Notes: generated from the letters alone by a model not told the origin. DNA of 64,000 nt from a virus (IMGVR_UViG_3300037312_000330:160001-224000); one strand, 5' to 3'. Positions 28,338 through 38,107 are shown, counted from the first letter of the stretch. A program made the numbers and translations.

Positions 28338-29027
28338 ATGAACATCATGTTCCTGAACGGAGCGGGTGGCACTGGCAAGTCCAGTATCCTGCGTGAGATC
28401 GAAGCACTGCGCCAGAAGAACGGCAAACTGCTGGTGCATACTCTGTACAGCAGCACGCGCGAATCGTATGCGCAACTTGGTATCTCCAACGAGACGTCCA
28501 GTATCGACATGGATGATGAGACGCGTATTCGCCTTCAGTTGACAATCATGGACAACGAACGTGCTGCCATCCGCAAGAAGGTAGAGGAGATCCGCGGTCG
28601 AGAGGGTTACATGGGATACGATCTGCTGGTGGTTGATCGTGGTCCGATGGACCGCATGGCCTACTACCTGCTGACCATGATGCAGTGCTCCAAAGGAGCG
28701 TGCGCTCCGTTCTTCGACATGCTACGTCGCAACGCGCAGTTCATCAAAGAACTAGCCCCAGGACACGTGATCCAAATCGACTTCACCTATCCGGTGCATT
28801 GGGACACCAAGGATGGCTTCAGGCAGGAGAACGAGTTCCAAACATTGGCGCTCAGTCTCATGACCAGCAACATCCTACAGAGATACGCGGCGGGCACTGG
28901 CTATAAGACGGCGTTCTGGTACGATCACGACTTCGCAACGCACAAGGGCGCAGAGCAGAAGGCGAAGGCCATCATGGAGCGCTACACTCACCTGTGGCCG
29001 TTCGGTCCTGACTATAGCTGGGTGTGA
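28338..29027 (+). CDS. P-loop nucleotide (dNMP/thymidylate-like) kinase
   Basis: GAGGTGKSS at the N-terminus; VVDRGPMDRMAY. Confidence 0.75.
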   Translation: MNIMFLNGAGGTGKSSILREIEALRQKNGKLLVHTLYSSTRESYAQLGISNETSSIDMDDETRIRLQLTIMDNERAAIRKKVEEIRGREGYMGYDLLVVDRGPMDRMAYYLLTMMQCSKGACAPFFDMLRRNAQFIKELAPGHVIQIDFTYPVHWDTKDGFRQENEFQTLALSLMTSNILQRYAAGTGYKTAFWYDHDFATHKGAEQKAKAIMERYTHLWPFGPDYSWV

Positions 29028-29034
29028 GGAGACT

Positions 29035-30069
29035 ATCATCGAATACATTGGCATCGGTGATCTACATGGAGACAAGATGGATGGCATTGTAGCGGATGCC
29101 AATACCAAGATCATCAAGAGCGTTCGCAAGTGCTTCAAATATGCCGTAGAACGCGGTATCCGTGATGTCATCTTCTATGGGGACTTGTGCGAGAAAGCTC
29201 GAATGAGCTACGAGTTCCAGGTTGCCCTATACACGTTGCTTCTGGATACCAAGTGGCGTGATCTGCGTATGCACTTTATCCTTGGAAACCATGACTTCCA
29301 AGAGAACGGCAGTCACAGCCTTGAAGTATTGAAGGTGGTGTCAAATCTGACAACTAACCACATCCGTGTGTACACAGAGCAAACCCTTGTGAAGATCGGT
29401 GGACGCAAGTTCAACATGATGCCGCATCCTGTTCTGGATACACGTCGGGACAGTCTGAACATCGGCCACTTTGAAGTAAAGAACAGCTACAGGGACAATG
29501 GAAGACAGATCGACCACGGATTCACCACCCCTCATAAATGCTGCGTGGGTCATCTCCACACCAACCACAGAGTGCGAAGGGTACATTACAGCGGAACGCT
29601 CTATCAGACAAACTTCGGAGAGTCGTTGCCAAAGTACTTCCATCACGTCCGGTACGAAGACGATGACCCTTACGCTGCCGAAGTTGAGAACGTACCGTTT
29701 GAGCCACCTTGGAAGCTACTCAATTTGGAGGTAGAAACCGAGGAAGATCTACTTAAGATTGAGAACGATCCAGACACTCTATATAAGCTGTTCATCCACG
29801 AAGGATTGAATCTGGACATTGATGATGTTCTGCGTGAACACCCCAACGTAGTGCGGCACAATAAATTCAAGAACAAAGAGGATCTCAAGGAGCTTATAGA
29901 ACAAGAGTGGGACTTCTCCACAAACGCTTGGGCCGAGAAGGTGGATACGCGTGAGGTTCTCACCGAATACATGACCAAGAAGTCCGGTCTGAACAAGCAA
30001 GAAGTGAAGCGTGCGTTCAAACTGTTTGACCGCATTGTGAATAAACAAGTAGCTACTGTAGAGGAATGA
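29035..30069 (+). CDS. sbcD: SbcD/Mre11-like metallophosphoesterase nuclease subunit
   Basis: IGDLH (upstream of the first ATG), YGDL, GNHD, GHFE, GHLH; start is non-canonical or frameshifted. Confidence 0.88.
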   Translation: MIEYIGIGDLHGDKMDGIVADANTKIIKSVRKCFKYAVERGIRDVIFYGDLCEKARMSYEFQVALYTLLLDTKWRDLRMHFILGNHDFQENGSHSLEVLKVVSNLTTNHIRVYTEQTLVKIGGRKFNMMPHPVLDTRRDSLNIGHFEVKNSYRDNGRQIDHGFTTPHKCCVGHLHTNHRVRRVHYSGTLYQTNFGESLPKYFHHVRYEDDDPYAAEVENVPFEPPWKLLNLEVETEEDLLKIENDPDTLYKLFIHEGLNLDIDDVLREHPNVVRHNKFKNKEDLKELIEQEWDFSTNAWAEKVDTREVLTEYMTKKSGLNKQEVKRAFKLFDRIVNKQVATVEE

Positions 30070-30380
30070 ACATGACTATCCATTGTGTTGACCCGGCTCA
30101 TATCTATGAACTCGGTGGCGGACAAACTGTGCGCTTTCTCAAGAAGGAACGTGTCTCTCCAGAGAGCACAGAGCTCCGCCTCGTGTACGACGGAACAACC
30201 AACGAGGAACTACTGGAAGTGCTGATCGATCGCACACAGACACTACAAGTCAAGTTCCCGTGCGACGAGAATCTTGCGGCCCTGACGTACATGCACAAGG
30301 CACTCGCCGCCTTCAACGAGCGCACGCGTCGACGTCAAAGCCAGAATGTCGAAGGCACGGACAATCCTCATACATCGTGA
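30066..30380 (+). CDS. tad1: Tad1-family anti-defence sponge protein
   Basis: AHIYEL..VRFLK..DGTTNEELLEVLIDR...FPCDENLAALT...ERTRRR..NVEGT matches the Tad1 consensus as recalled; start 30066 or 30072. Confidence 0.75.
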   Translation: MNMTIHCVDPAHIYELGGGQTVRFLKKERVSPESTELRLVYDGTTNEELLEVLIDRTQTLQVKFPCDENLAALTYMHKALAAFNERTRRRQSQNVEGTDNPHTS

Positions 30381-30784
30381 AACCGATAGAACATATCTGG
30401 AAGACAGTAGCACTGGCTGGTGTCTATTTCGAGTACCAGCCAGATTGCTTCTATGCTATTGAACTTCCACGTGGATTCCGGTCCGTATCAAAGCCAACGG
30501 TTACCGATCTAGGCCCAGAGATAGCAGCGGCATTGGAGCCTCTAATTGGTGGAGTTCTGGACAACATTACAGAGATCCAAATTCAGCAATCCATAGAGTA
30601 TGTGCTGCGGAAGTATCGTGAAGTAGATGCTATTCTAGTGTGGGCTGACGAAGAGAGGGCCAATCCAGTTCTGATCGACACCATCGTAATGCGCAATGAA
30701 GGTGGTGGACGACTACGTGTCAGACCGTACTTCGATCCGGCAGAGATTATGGACGAGGCACTTGCCAAGGCAGGAATACCATGA
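30377..30784 (+). CDS. hypothetical protein
   Basis: GTG start with GTGA overlap. Confidence 0.55.
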   Translation: MKPIEHIWKTVALAGVYFEYQPDCFYAIELPRGFRSVSKPTVTDLGPEIAAALEPLIGGVLDNITEIQIQQSIEYVLRKYREVDAILVWADEERANPVLIDTIVMRNEGGGRLRVRPYFDPAEIMDEALAKAGIP

Positions 30785-31026
30785 GTCGGATGAAACAACA
30801 TCCTTCACGTTCGCTAGGTTTGCAAAGCCTGTACGAAGAGTCCGCTATCGCTGTACATAAGAGGTTCAAGCATTGTGCAGAAGCAACCGGGCAACTTGCA
30901 GAGTGGGAAGCAGAAGACAAAAGGCTTCGAGAGAAGTTCCAACGGACGCGTGACTTCATCAAGAAATACGGACAGCACACTCTAACGACCAACGCAGATG
31001 GCTACTACGAAGAAGCAATCACCTGA
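30781..31026 (+). CDS. hypothetical protein
   Basis: 81 aa; ATGA overlap. Confidence 0.5.
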   Translation: MSRMKQHPSRSLGLQSLYEESAIAVHKRFKHCAEATGQLAEWEAEDKRLREKFQRTRDFIKKYGQHTLTTNADGYYEEAIT

Positions 31027-32119
31027 AAAGAGAGAATCTGTCGCAGCCGCGCAGTTCCACAACAAACACCGACCGAAGACACTGGACAGAGTGATTGGTC
31101 AGGAGGCCGCAGTCAAACGCCTGAAGGGCATCATTGAAAGTGGCAGGATCCCAAGCACCATGTTGTTCACAGGTCCACCTAGTGCGGGCAAGACCACCTT
31201 GGCGAGAGCCTTCTCAGCGGATCTGCTGGGCGTCAAGAACCTGAAGCACCACCCAGATTGGCATGAGCTAAACGGTGCTGCAGACGGTAACATTGACAAT
31301 GTCCGTAACGTGATGCGGATGGCACGATTGCGTCCCCGGCAAGGGAAGCGTCGAATCATCATGATCGACGAATGCCACGGACTGTCCGGCGCCAGTCTAG
31401 AAGCGGTGCTAAAACCTCTGGAAGAACCGAGCCCACTAACTCTGTTCATCCTGGGCACAAGCGAGCCAGAGAAACTGAAGAGCAGTTTGAAGACGCGTGG
31501 CTCACCGTTCGCACTGAAACCGTATTCGCGAGAAGAGATCACCAAATACGCCAAGAGGATCGTCAAAGCTGAAGGCATGGACTACATGTCCGACGAGTTG
31601 ATCGCAACGGCTGTGGAGAATGCCAACGGTGAACTCCGTACTCTGTGCCAGATCCTGGAAGCAGTGGTTCAGGGAGCAGGCAACAGCAAGAAGGTGTCCA
31701 AGGAAGACATCCTGCAGTCGCTGTCAACCATCGAGACAGATGACGCCAAGGTTGCAATGAACATCCTATACGAGACGTATAGCGGCAATTTGGAAGGCAT
31801 CTATAGACACCTGCTGGACACCACCGACGGATATCGGATGGTCACACTGTTGATCGGGTTCAACACATTCCTGATCAATGCCACTGTGCTCAAGGGCGAG
31901 AAGCATCGCAGCGTTTGGTGGAACAAGAACAACAAGGACATGTGGGAAGCAGTCAAGGAGATGAATGTGGGACTACGTCAAATGGCAGAAGTGCAGAGAC
32001 ATCTGCTGTCAGCGTTGGCACGACGTGGCACCTTCATGGTTCCAGAACAGCAGATTCTAGGTGACGAATTGACGCAAGCAGTCATGCTCCTGAAGACGGC
32101 TAAGAAAGCAGAGAAGTGA
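30998..32119 (+). CDS. dnaX: clamp loader AAA+ subunit (DnaX gamma/tau-like)
   Basis: KHRPKTLDRVIGQE; GPPSAGKTT; IDECH; LKPLEEP; LKTRG. Confidence 0.9.
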   Translation: MATTKKQSPEKRESVAAAQFHNKHRPKTLDRVIGQEAAVKRLKGIIESGRIPSTMLFTGPPSAGKTTLARAFSADLLGVKNLKHHPDWHELNGAADGNIDNVRNVMRMARLRPRQGKRRIIMIDECHGLSGASLEAVLKPLEEPSPLTLFILGTSEPEKLKSSLKTRGSPFALKPYSREEITKYAKRIVKAEGMDYMSDELIATAVENANGELRTLCQILEAVVQGAGNSKKVSKEDILQSLSTIETDDAKVAMNILYETYSGNLEGIYRHLLDTTDGYRMVTLLIGFNTFLINATVLKGEKHRSVWWNKNNKDMWEAVKEMNVGLRQMAEVQRHLLSALARRGTFMVPEQQILGDELTQAVMLLKTAKKAEK

Positions 32120-32619
32120 AGCAAACGCATGTAGTTGGTCCGGTGTGGTGTACTCCTCTTATGTTGGAAGAAGTTAAAAACAACTTCGATCGTAAGGCGG
32201 ATCATCATTCAACACAAGAATACTACATGCGTGGAGGGGCGCTTCGCCATGGAAGATCAGTTTGGTTGAGTCGAAGTTTTGGCGGAAAGATGGAGAACAC
32301 GGAATTGTTCCCAAACATCGACACGTTCCTGCTGGGATTCTGTTTGAGCAACAAGACACGATTGGGTAGAACATACATACACAGACTGAAGCCCAATCAA
32401 CACATCGACAAACATGCTGACGTAAACGAACCGTATTTCTTCAACGTAGCACGCTACCAGATATACTTGAACAAGCCACTTGGTGTGCGCATCGTACACG
32501 ATGGTCCAGACATTCCGGCAGGCCAGTTGATGTACTTCAACCTGTTTGAAGATCACGAATATATCAACGACTCTAACGAAGACTTCTACTTGCTGGTATT
32601 CGACGCGGAGATAACATGA
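32116..32619 (+). CDS. 2OG-Fe(II) oxygenase, Asp/Asn beta-hydroxylase-like cupin
   Basis: RLKPNQHIDKHAD (HxD), YFNLFEDHEYIN (distal H), LLVFD. Confidence 0.7.
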   Translation: MKQTHVVGPVWCTPLMLEEVKNNFDRKADHHSTQEYYMRGGALRHGRSVWLSRSFGGKMENTELFPNIDTFLLGFCLSNKTRLGRTYIHRLKPNQHIDKHADVNEPYFFNVARYQIYLNKPLGVRIVHDGPDIPAGQLMYFNLFEDHEYINDSNEDFYLLVFDAEIT

Positions 32620-32924
32620 AGTTCCGTAGAGGGGACAAGGTCTGTGCGTTATTAGTGGCGAACAAGTGGGGCATAGACTTCACAGCTTTCATGGGCAAGT
32701 TGGTGTCCGTAGAACAGACGGAATATGTGAAGAAAGCCACAATCAGGGTCACCCACTACTACAGTCTGTACTCGATGGACAAACACCAACCGAAGGAGTT
32801 CACACTTGACATACGATTGTTCAAGCTGCTGAAGTGGAATTCCACAACAAAGAAGAAGGTTGGGGACTTGCGAACAGCGTGCAGGATGCTGGATCAAATG
32901 ACAAAGAATGTGAAGAACCTATGA
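32616..32924 (+). CDS. hypothetical protein (SH3-like start)
   Basis: MKFRRGDKV; ATGA overlap. Confidence 0.55.
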   Translation: MKFRRGDKVCALLVANKWGIDFTAFMGKLVSVEQTEYVKKATIRVTHYYSLYSMDKHQPKEFTLDIRLFKLLKWNSTTKKKVGDLRTACRMLDQMTKNVKNL

Positions 32925-33352
32925 GCCTGCTATCAATACCTTGCTCTCATCTGGTGTACGTGGTGCGTAGGCCGGTTGATGAGACAAAGATCGTTGAGAT
33001 AATGCGTCCACACGAGGTAAGATCTCTAGGAATCTTTGGACCAGCAGAGGAGCCAGTTCTGATATTCCAGTACCTCGACTACGGCCCCCTGCCAGTTATG
33101 GTGTTGACAGTCCCAGAAATGTGTCTCTTAGATTGTGAGCTTTACGAGCACACTAAAGAGGTACTGGAATACGTTGGAAGGCAGATTCCAGAACACATGC
33201 CAATATATCCATTCATCATGTTGCACTCAGAGAACTGGCGTGATGTGACGTGCTTGAACGAGTTCGTGAACAAGCATTGGCCGAAGATAGGGATGTGGGT
33301 TACCGGGAACACTGACATCCCAGAAAAGCACGGTGATGTAAATGGATCTTAA
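32921..33352 (+). CDS. hypothetical protein
   Basis: ATG 32921 with ATGA overlap. Confidence 0.55.
   Translation: MSLLSIPCSHLVYVVRRPVDETKIVEIMRPHEVRSLGIFGPAEEPVLIFQYLDYGPLPVMVLTVPEMCLLDCELYEHTKEVLEYVGRQIPEHMPIYPFIMLHSENWRDVTCLNEFVNKHWPKIGMWVTGNTDIPEKHGDVNGS
33337..33343 (+). promoter_or_regulatory. TGTAAAT motif about 115 bp upstream of sbcC
   Basis: Motif copy at a gene junction. Confidence 0.3.
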
Positions 33353-33460
33353 TAGTGCCAACGAGTATGGTGTGCCACTACATGCGTGCAACGGATATCG
33401 ACAAGACGAGCACTATTGGAGCTGGCTGACACATCTCCGAATCAACAACTTGCGCCGTGA
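33342..33460 (+). CDS. micro-ORF, one base short of a GTGA-coupled stop
   Basis: MDLNSANEYG...INNLRR; as written it runs 68 nt into sbcC (to 33524). Confidence 0.35.
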
Positions 33461-35670
33461 CCAAACTCCTAGAACTACAACTCCAGAACGTATTCCCATT
33501 CAAGAAAGCAACGCTGGACCTTGACTATGAGGGTGTGACAGTAGTAAAGGGTCTGAACAAGGATGACGGCCCGAAAGCCAGCAATGCAGCGGGGAAGAGT
33601 CGTCTGGTTGGGGCACTGCCAGACCTAGTTCTGGACGAGAGCCCAACGGGAAAAGAAGACAAGAAGGCTGGGACTAAGAAGAAACGCAAACAAGCAATTC
33701 GAGTGCGTCTGCAACGTGGTTCGCACGAGTATCAGATCACGAAGACGATCGGAAAAGGAAAGAGTTACGAGATCGTCCGTGATGGGAAGTCTATAAATGT
33801 ACGGACCGTCAAGTATAGTCAGCAGAAGATCCAGGAGCTGTTCGGCTTCAGCACTGAAGACCAGTTCTACACACGATTCTACATAGACGGGACCATTCCA
33901 CACCCGCTTATTGTGGGTTCTGCCAGTCGCAGGCAGGAATACGTAGTCGATCTGTTCGATTTGAAGAACATCGACAGCATACGAAAACTACTGAATGCCG
34001 AACTCAATGCTATCAGCAAGAAGGCAATTGAGTACAAGACAGTTAAACGCACACTGGACGAGTTGCGTGAGGATCTGCTTCCCAAGGAAAAGCGTGTAGA
34101 ACTCAAGAAACGTCTTGAACACTTGAAGTCCAAGCAGGAACGACTATCAGAGGATCTGAAGGCAAGCCAGCACATAAGTCAATTGCTTACGTTCGAGCGC
34201 CAGAACAAGCAACTACTGGACAAGTGGAAAGCGTTCCGACCGAAGGGTTCAAGTATTACAGAAGATATCCAGATAGTTCGTAAGAAGATAGGCAAAATAC
34301 ATGCTGATCGCGATGCAAGCGAGCAATGGCGCGCTTACGATCGTTCATACGAATCGTGGTGGAGCAGTTACGAGCCGGTAAAGAAGAAGTTATCCAAGCT
34401 GAACTCCGATGAAGAAACCGTCCGCAAAAGATGGATGGAAGTGTCAGAATTCAAGGCAATGATCAAGTCCCAGAAAGTGGGATCTGATCCAGGGGATAAG
34501 CCAGAAGAGGTCGATGAACCGAAGCACTCGTACGATGACTGCAAGCTCAAGGTGCATCAGTTTAGAGAGGAGCTAGAACATGCCAAGCATTTCAAGTCTG
34601 GTAAGTGTCCTACGTGTGGCAGCAAGGTCAAAGCGCGCTCAACAGAAGACATTGGAGCAGATCTTCGTAAGTGGGTCAATCGCATCAATCAATGCGAGCG
34701 TCACGAGAGCTATACAAAGAAGCTTGAAACTTGGAAGCAACGACGCTCCGACTACGAAGAAACCAAACGAGTAGTATCTGACTTAGAACGGAAGATCGAG
34801 AAGCGTGCGCCGTTTGTTGCGGTGTACGAGATGCTGAAGAATGTCAGAGAAAAGCCGTCCAAGCCTATTGTTGAACGGCCTGAAGTAGAGTTCGATGCAG
34901 ACAAGCTGGAGCGACTTCAATCCAGACTAGAGCTGTTAAAGCAGTTCGCAGATGTTTACGACACGCTGCAAGATGTCGTCAAACTGAATGACGAGCAACG
35001 CGAACGTGCTGAACGTGCTGAGGAACACGTTCAGAAGCTGAACTCCATCATGGGTGAGATCAGCGATCTGACCACCAAACAAGCCCGCCAACACGAAATC
35101 ATAAGCCGATTGCGTGTCTTGAAAGAGAAGTCTGATGTACTAAAAGAGGAATGCAAGGACGAGAAGATCCTAAAGGCATTGGTAGGTGCCTATTCCACGT
35201 CTGGACTTAAGAAGTTCATGATCCAACGCTATTCCAAGATGTTGGAGCAGCAGGTAAACAAGTACCGACGTATGTTCTTCTCTGAGGACTACGAGTTCGA
35301 ATTCCGTTATGAGAGTGGTTTGAAGGTCATTGCCCATCGCCACTATGGAAAACGAACGGAGTCTTCTGATGTGCGCAAACTTTCAGGGGCGGAAAAACGG
35401 TTCTTCACGTTACTGTTGGTCGTTGCAACGAACACAATGCTTCCGGCCAAGAAGCGTATCAACGTCTTGATACTAGATGAACCAGAATCTCAGATGGGAC
35501 CTCCGGCAATCGAGAGATTTGTCAAGACATTGTCTGTGTTGAACAAGCTGGTGCCGCACATTGTGATCGTCACACCAAAGACCGACCTGGAAATTCCGGG
35601 CAGTCGTACGTTCACGGTAATTAAGCACAATGGCGTCTCAACTCTGACAAGGGACGTTGTTCAACGGTGA
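33457..35670 (+). CDS. sbcC: SbcC/Rad50-like SMC ATPase
   Basis: SNAAGKS Walker A, coiled coils, CPTC zinc hook, LSGAEK signature, LILDEP Walker B. Confidence 0.93.
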   Translation: MTKLLELQLQNVFPFKKATLDLDYEGVTVVKGLNKDDGPKASNAAGKSRLVGALPDLVLDESPTGKEDKKAGTKKKRKQAIRVRLQRGSHEYQITKTIGKGKSYEIVRDGKSINVRTVKYSQQKIQELFGFSTEDQFYTRFYIDGTIPHPLIVGSASRRQEYVVDLFDLKNIDSIRKLLNAELNAISKKAIEYKTVKRTLDELREDLLPKEKRVELKKRLEHLKSKQERLSEDLKASQHISQLLTFERQNKQLLDKWKAFRPKGSSITEDIQIVRKKIGKIHADRDASEQWRAYDRSYESWWSSYEPVKKKLSKLNSDEETVRKRWMEVSEFKAMIKSQKVGSDPGDKPEEVDEPKHSYDDCKLKVHQFREELEHAKHFKSGKCPTCGSKVKARSTEDIGADLRKWVNRINQCERHESYTKKLETWKQRRSDYEETKRVVSDLERKIEKRAPFVAVYEMLKNVREKPSKPIVERPEVEFDADKLERLQSRLELLKQFADVYDTLQDVVKLNDEQRERAERAEEHVQKLNSIMGEISDLTTKQARQHEIISRLRVLKEKSDVLKEECKDEKILKALVGAYSTSGLKKFMIQRYSKMLEQQVNKYRRMFFSEDYEFEFRYESGLKVIAHRHYGKRTESSDVRKLSGAEKRFFTLLLVVATNTMLPAKKRINVLILDEPESQMGPPAIERFVKTLSVLNKLVPHIVIVTPKTDLEIPGSRTFTVIKHNGVSTLTRDVVQR

Positions 35671-35716
35671 AGCAATTTTATGTGTCGCACTCTGGCGGCA
35701 CATGGGAGACATACAC

Positions 35717-36127
35717 ATGCAATCGCTTCACAACCTTAACATACGCCTTATCGAACACAAGAATTTCTTGTGGAATTGCACGGGTTACAACGATCCGTAC
35801 GATATTGCGGATGAGATTGCCAGCCAACGGATCGCTAGCGGGATAGTGAAGGAATGTGCCTTGGTCATGGAAGAAAATCTGTGGCTCAAGTGGATCAGCG
35901 TGGAGACGGTGAAATCATCCTTCCGTTTGAACGTGCAGGCAGAATCAGCGGCGCGTGGTGTGATGGGAGTGTGGTATGCAGCGCACTCTCAGGACGAAGT
36001 GATAGTTCTGTCTGATGCCAACGTCCATGTGCAGGACAGAATCATTTCGCATAGCAGCTACACGTTCGTCCACATATCTCAAGTCAAGTACCCCCGACAG
36101 TACGATGCTCCAGTGAGAAGGGTCTAA
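35717..36127 (+). CDS. hypothetical protein
   Basis: Start placed at ATG 35717 after GGAG; uncertain. Confidence 0.5.
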   Translation: MQSLHNLNIRLIEHKNFLWNCTGYNDPYDIADEIASQRIASGIVKECALVMEENLWLKWISVETVKSSFRLNVQAESAARGVMGVWYAAHSQDEVIVLSDANVHVQDRIISHSSYTFVHISQVKYPRQYDAPVRRV

Positions 36128-36331
36128 ATGATAGACAGCAAAATAAGAAGCGTAGTCAAAACTGCGACATGGAGACTTGTAGGAAGTGGCAGCACCATGC
36201 TAATAGCCTTCGCCATTGGAGGCAACTGGAAAGCAGCGGGGACAATCGCTGTGATACAACTAGTGACCAACACGTTGCTGTACTATGTTCACGAAAGGGC
36301 ATGGACAGAGGTGGAGTGGGGCCGCAAATGA
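36128..36331 (+). CDS. DUF2061-like small membrane protein
   Basis: RSVVKTATWRLVG...LLYYVHERAW.....G. Confidence 0.75.
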   Translation: MIDSKIRSVVKTATWRLVGSGSTMLIAFAIGGNWKAAGTIAVIQLVTNTLLYYVHERAWTEVEWGRK

Positions 36332-37074
36332 TAGTCGCACTATACGGACTTCCTGGACTTAGCTTTGCTGAGATCACATACATGCTGACGGATCTCGGTA
36401 TTGGCTTCATGGCCGTTACTGACAGACCAATAAAAGTAGGTGATCCGGATCGCAAGCACGTTGTTCCAGTAGTGTTCAACTCTGCGCGTAGCTTCCTGAT
36501 GAACCACACCAAAATCAAGTTCCGCGCTTGTGCTTTCGTGTGCGACACTTACGCTAAGCTGAAGAAGGAACATGGATGGGAAGTAGTTGGTGTAACGGAG
36601 ATTAACAAGAAGAAACACGTCTACACACAGTTCCACAAGAGAGAGCTGGCAGATCTGTTGCAACATGCGGATAAGTTGCGCGGAAAGACCTGTTATGCCA
36701 CTGAAACAAAGGTCTATGATCCTGCGTCAGATCTGATCAAGAAATTTGCTCAGTCAGCATTGGCACAGTCGCAGACCATGATGTATAAGGTAAAGAATCA
36801 AGACCTTAGGTCCAAGACCTTCGCTCTAGTCAAAGGGTGGTTCATCGGAGACGTGAAGACACAAGAGACATTGAACAGCAGGCTCAGTGCCATTCACTCT
36901 AGTGACAAATACGTCACAGACCTGATGGTGGTGTTGACTTCCGTTCATGCTTTGTCTCTTAGAAGAGTGACCATCGAAAGCAGAAAGAACCCAACTAGGA
37001 TCGAGGCGCTAACCAAGAAAGCCAACCTCAGTCCGTTTGACGTCCGTTACCTACTGAGCAAGGGGAAGCGATGA
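36328..37074 (+). CDS. hypothetical protein
   Basis: ATG 36328 with ATGA overlap; 248 aa. Confidence 0.6.
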   Translation: MIVALYGLPGLSFAEITYMLTDLGIGFMAVTDRPIKVGDPDRKHVVPVVFNSARSFLMNHTKIKFRACAFVCDTYAKLKKEHGWEVVGVTEINKKKHVYTQFHKRELADLLQHADKLRGKTCYATETKVYDPASDLIKKFAQSALAQSQTMMYKVKNQDLRSKTFALVKGWFIGDVKTQETLNSRLSAIHSSDKYVTDLMVVLTSVHALSLRRVTIESRKNPTRIEALTKKANLSPFDVRYLLSKGKR

Positions 37075-37277
37075 ACAGACAGATTGGCGAACGAGTGGCG
37101 TTCACGTGGAATGGGCGTTTCTTCCACGGAGTTATCTCTGAGATAGAGCACAGTCCACTATCCGGTGGGAACAACGTATATATCACGAACTTCGAACCAT
37201 ACGATGCAAACACACTAGTCGAGACAATAGGCTGTGTGGTGAGGAAAGAATGGCAACTGATGACAATCGTCCAGTAA
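37071..37277 (+). CDS. hypothetical SH3-like protein
   Basis: IGERVAFTW..GVISEI. Confidence 0.5.
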   Translation: MNRQIGERVAFTWNGRFFHGVISEIEHSPLSGGNNVYITNFEPYDANTLVETIGCVVRKEWQLMTIVQ

Positions 37278-37492
37278 TCGAAGGAAAACCACGTCAACAC
37301 GCGCTGATGGTAAACCCATTTACTCAACGGCGAGCCAATTCAATGTTGAAGATGCGTAGAGAAGCGCGTGTACGTCTCAGAGCACCCAACGGAGGATACT
37401 TCGCTGGTGAAATCGAGAGTGGATACTGTTTGGACAGACCGGACATCGAAGCCTCATATCTGCATATAGAAGTGTCTAGGTTGATCCTATGA
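37250..37492 (+). CDS. hypothetical protein
   Basis: RBS GAGGA. Confidence 0.5.
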   Translation: MATDDNRPVIEGKPRQHALMVNPFTQRRANSMLKMRREARVRLRAPNGGYFAGEIESGYCLDRPDIEASYLHIEVSRLIL

Positions 37493-37713
37493 ACTGGTCG
37501 CATCCAAATGGGCACTATTGGCAATACTGCGATTACTGTGAAGCTTGGATGGTGATCTGTGGTCGATGTGGGAACAATTGCTGCAATGGTGGTTATGGGG
37601 AAGAGATTGGACCCGAACCAGGAACACTGATCCAATGTCGTTTGTGTGAAGAGGCCTACGCTCTACAAGCAAGCGGTGAAGGACAACCAACACCAGACGC
37701 GCCAAAGGAATAA
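37489..37713 (+). CDS. Cys-rich small protein
   Basis: CDYC..CGRCGNNCCNGG..CRLC. Confidence 0.6.
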   Translation: MNWSHPNGHYWQYCDYCEAWMVICGRCGNNCCNGGYGEEIGPEPGTLIQCRLCEEAYALQASGEGQPTPDAPKE

Positions 37714-37715
37714 AT

Positions 37716-38066
37716 ATGAGTGAAGCGACAAATCAAGTAAAGATGACTTGGTACAGCGACCTGTCACGAGACGAGAGCAAGCTGGTGGTCAGCGAGACAG
37801 GCCTGATTGTAGCTCGTATTAAGAAAGATATTATTAGTGGAGAATGGTCGGTCAGCGTGTTTATGCAGGACGACCCGAGTCATCTCGACATGTATTCCGC
37901 CGTCTGGACACCGAAATCCAGTGGTCGTATGGTTATGAAATACATCGGTCACTACCTTAGTCAAGAACAGGCGAAACAAGCGGCAAAGCTTCGTTATCTC
38001 TCAGAGATTGAGAAAGCTGAAAGAACAAGTGACCATCAAGATAAGGGTGGCAATAGCATTGCCTAA
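37716..38066 (+). CDS. hypothetical protein
   Basis: 116 aa; RBS AAGGA. Confidence 0.55.
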   Translation: MSEATNQVKMTWYSDLSRDESKLVVSETGLIVARIKKDIISGEWSVSVFMQDDPSHLDMYSAVWTPKSSGRMVMKYIGHYLSQEQAKQAAKLRYLSEIEKAERTSDHQDKGGNSIA

Positions 38067-38076
38067 TTTGATGTCA
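38064..38076 (+). promoter_or_regulatory. TAATTTGATGTCA candidate late promoter
   Basis: Same motif at 53430(-), 55706(-) and 12689. Confidence 0.5.
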
Positions 38077-38107
38077 TCAATCGGTAACCCTCTCTAGAGG
38101 ACACAAA

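Noticed and set aside
28187-28396. Alternative -1 reading MTVGDRCHTEDGGQG... of the 28185 micro-gene
   Set aside because: It fits the missing-G pattern (GTGG^C), but the zero frame has good codons and stops just before the TGTAAAT element, while the shifted frame would overlap the kinase by about 60 nt. Ambiguous, so not counted.
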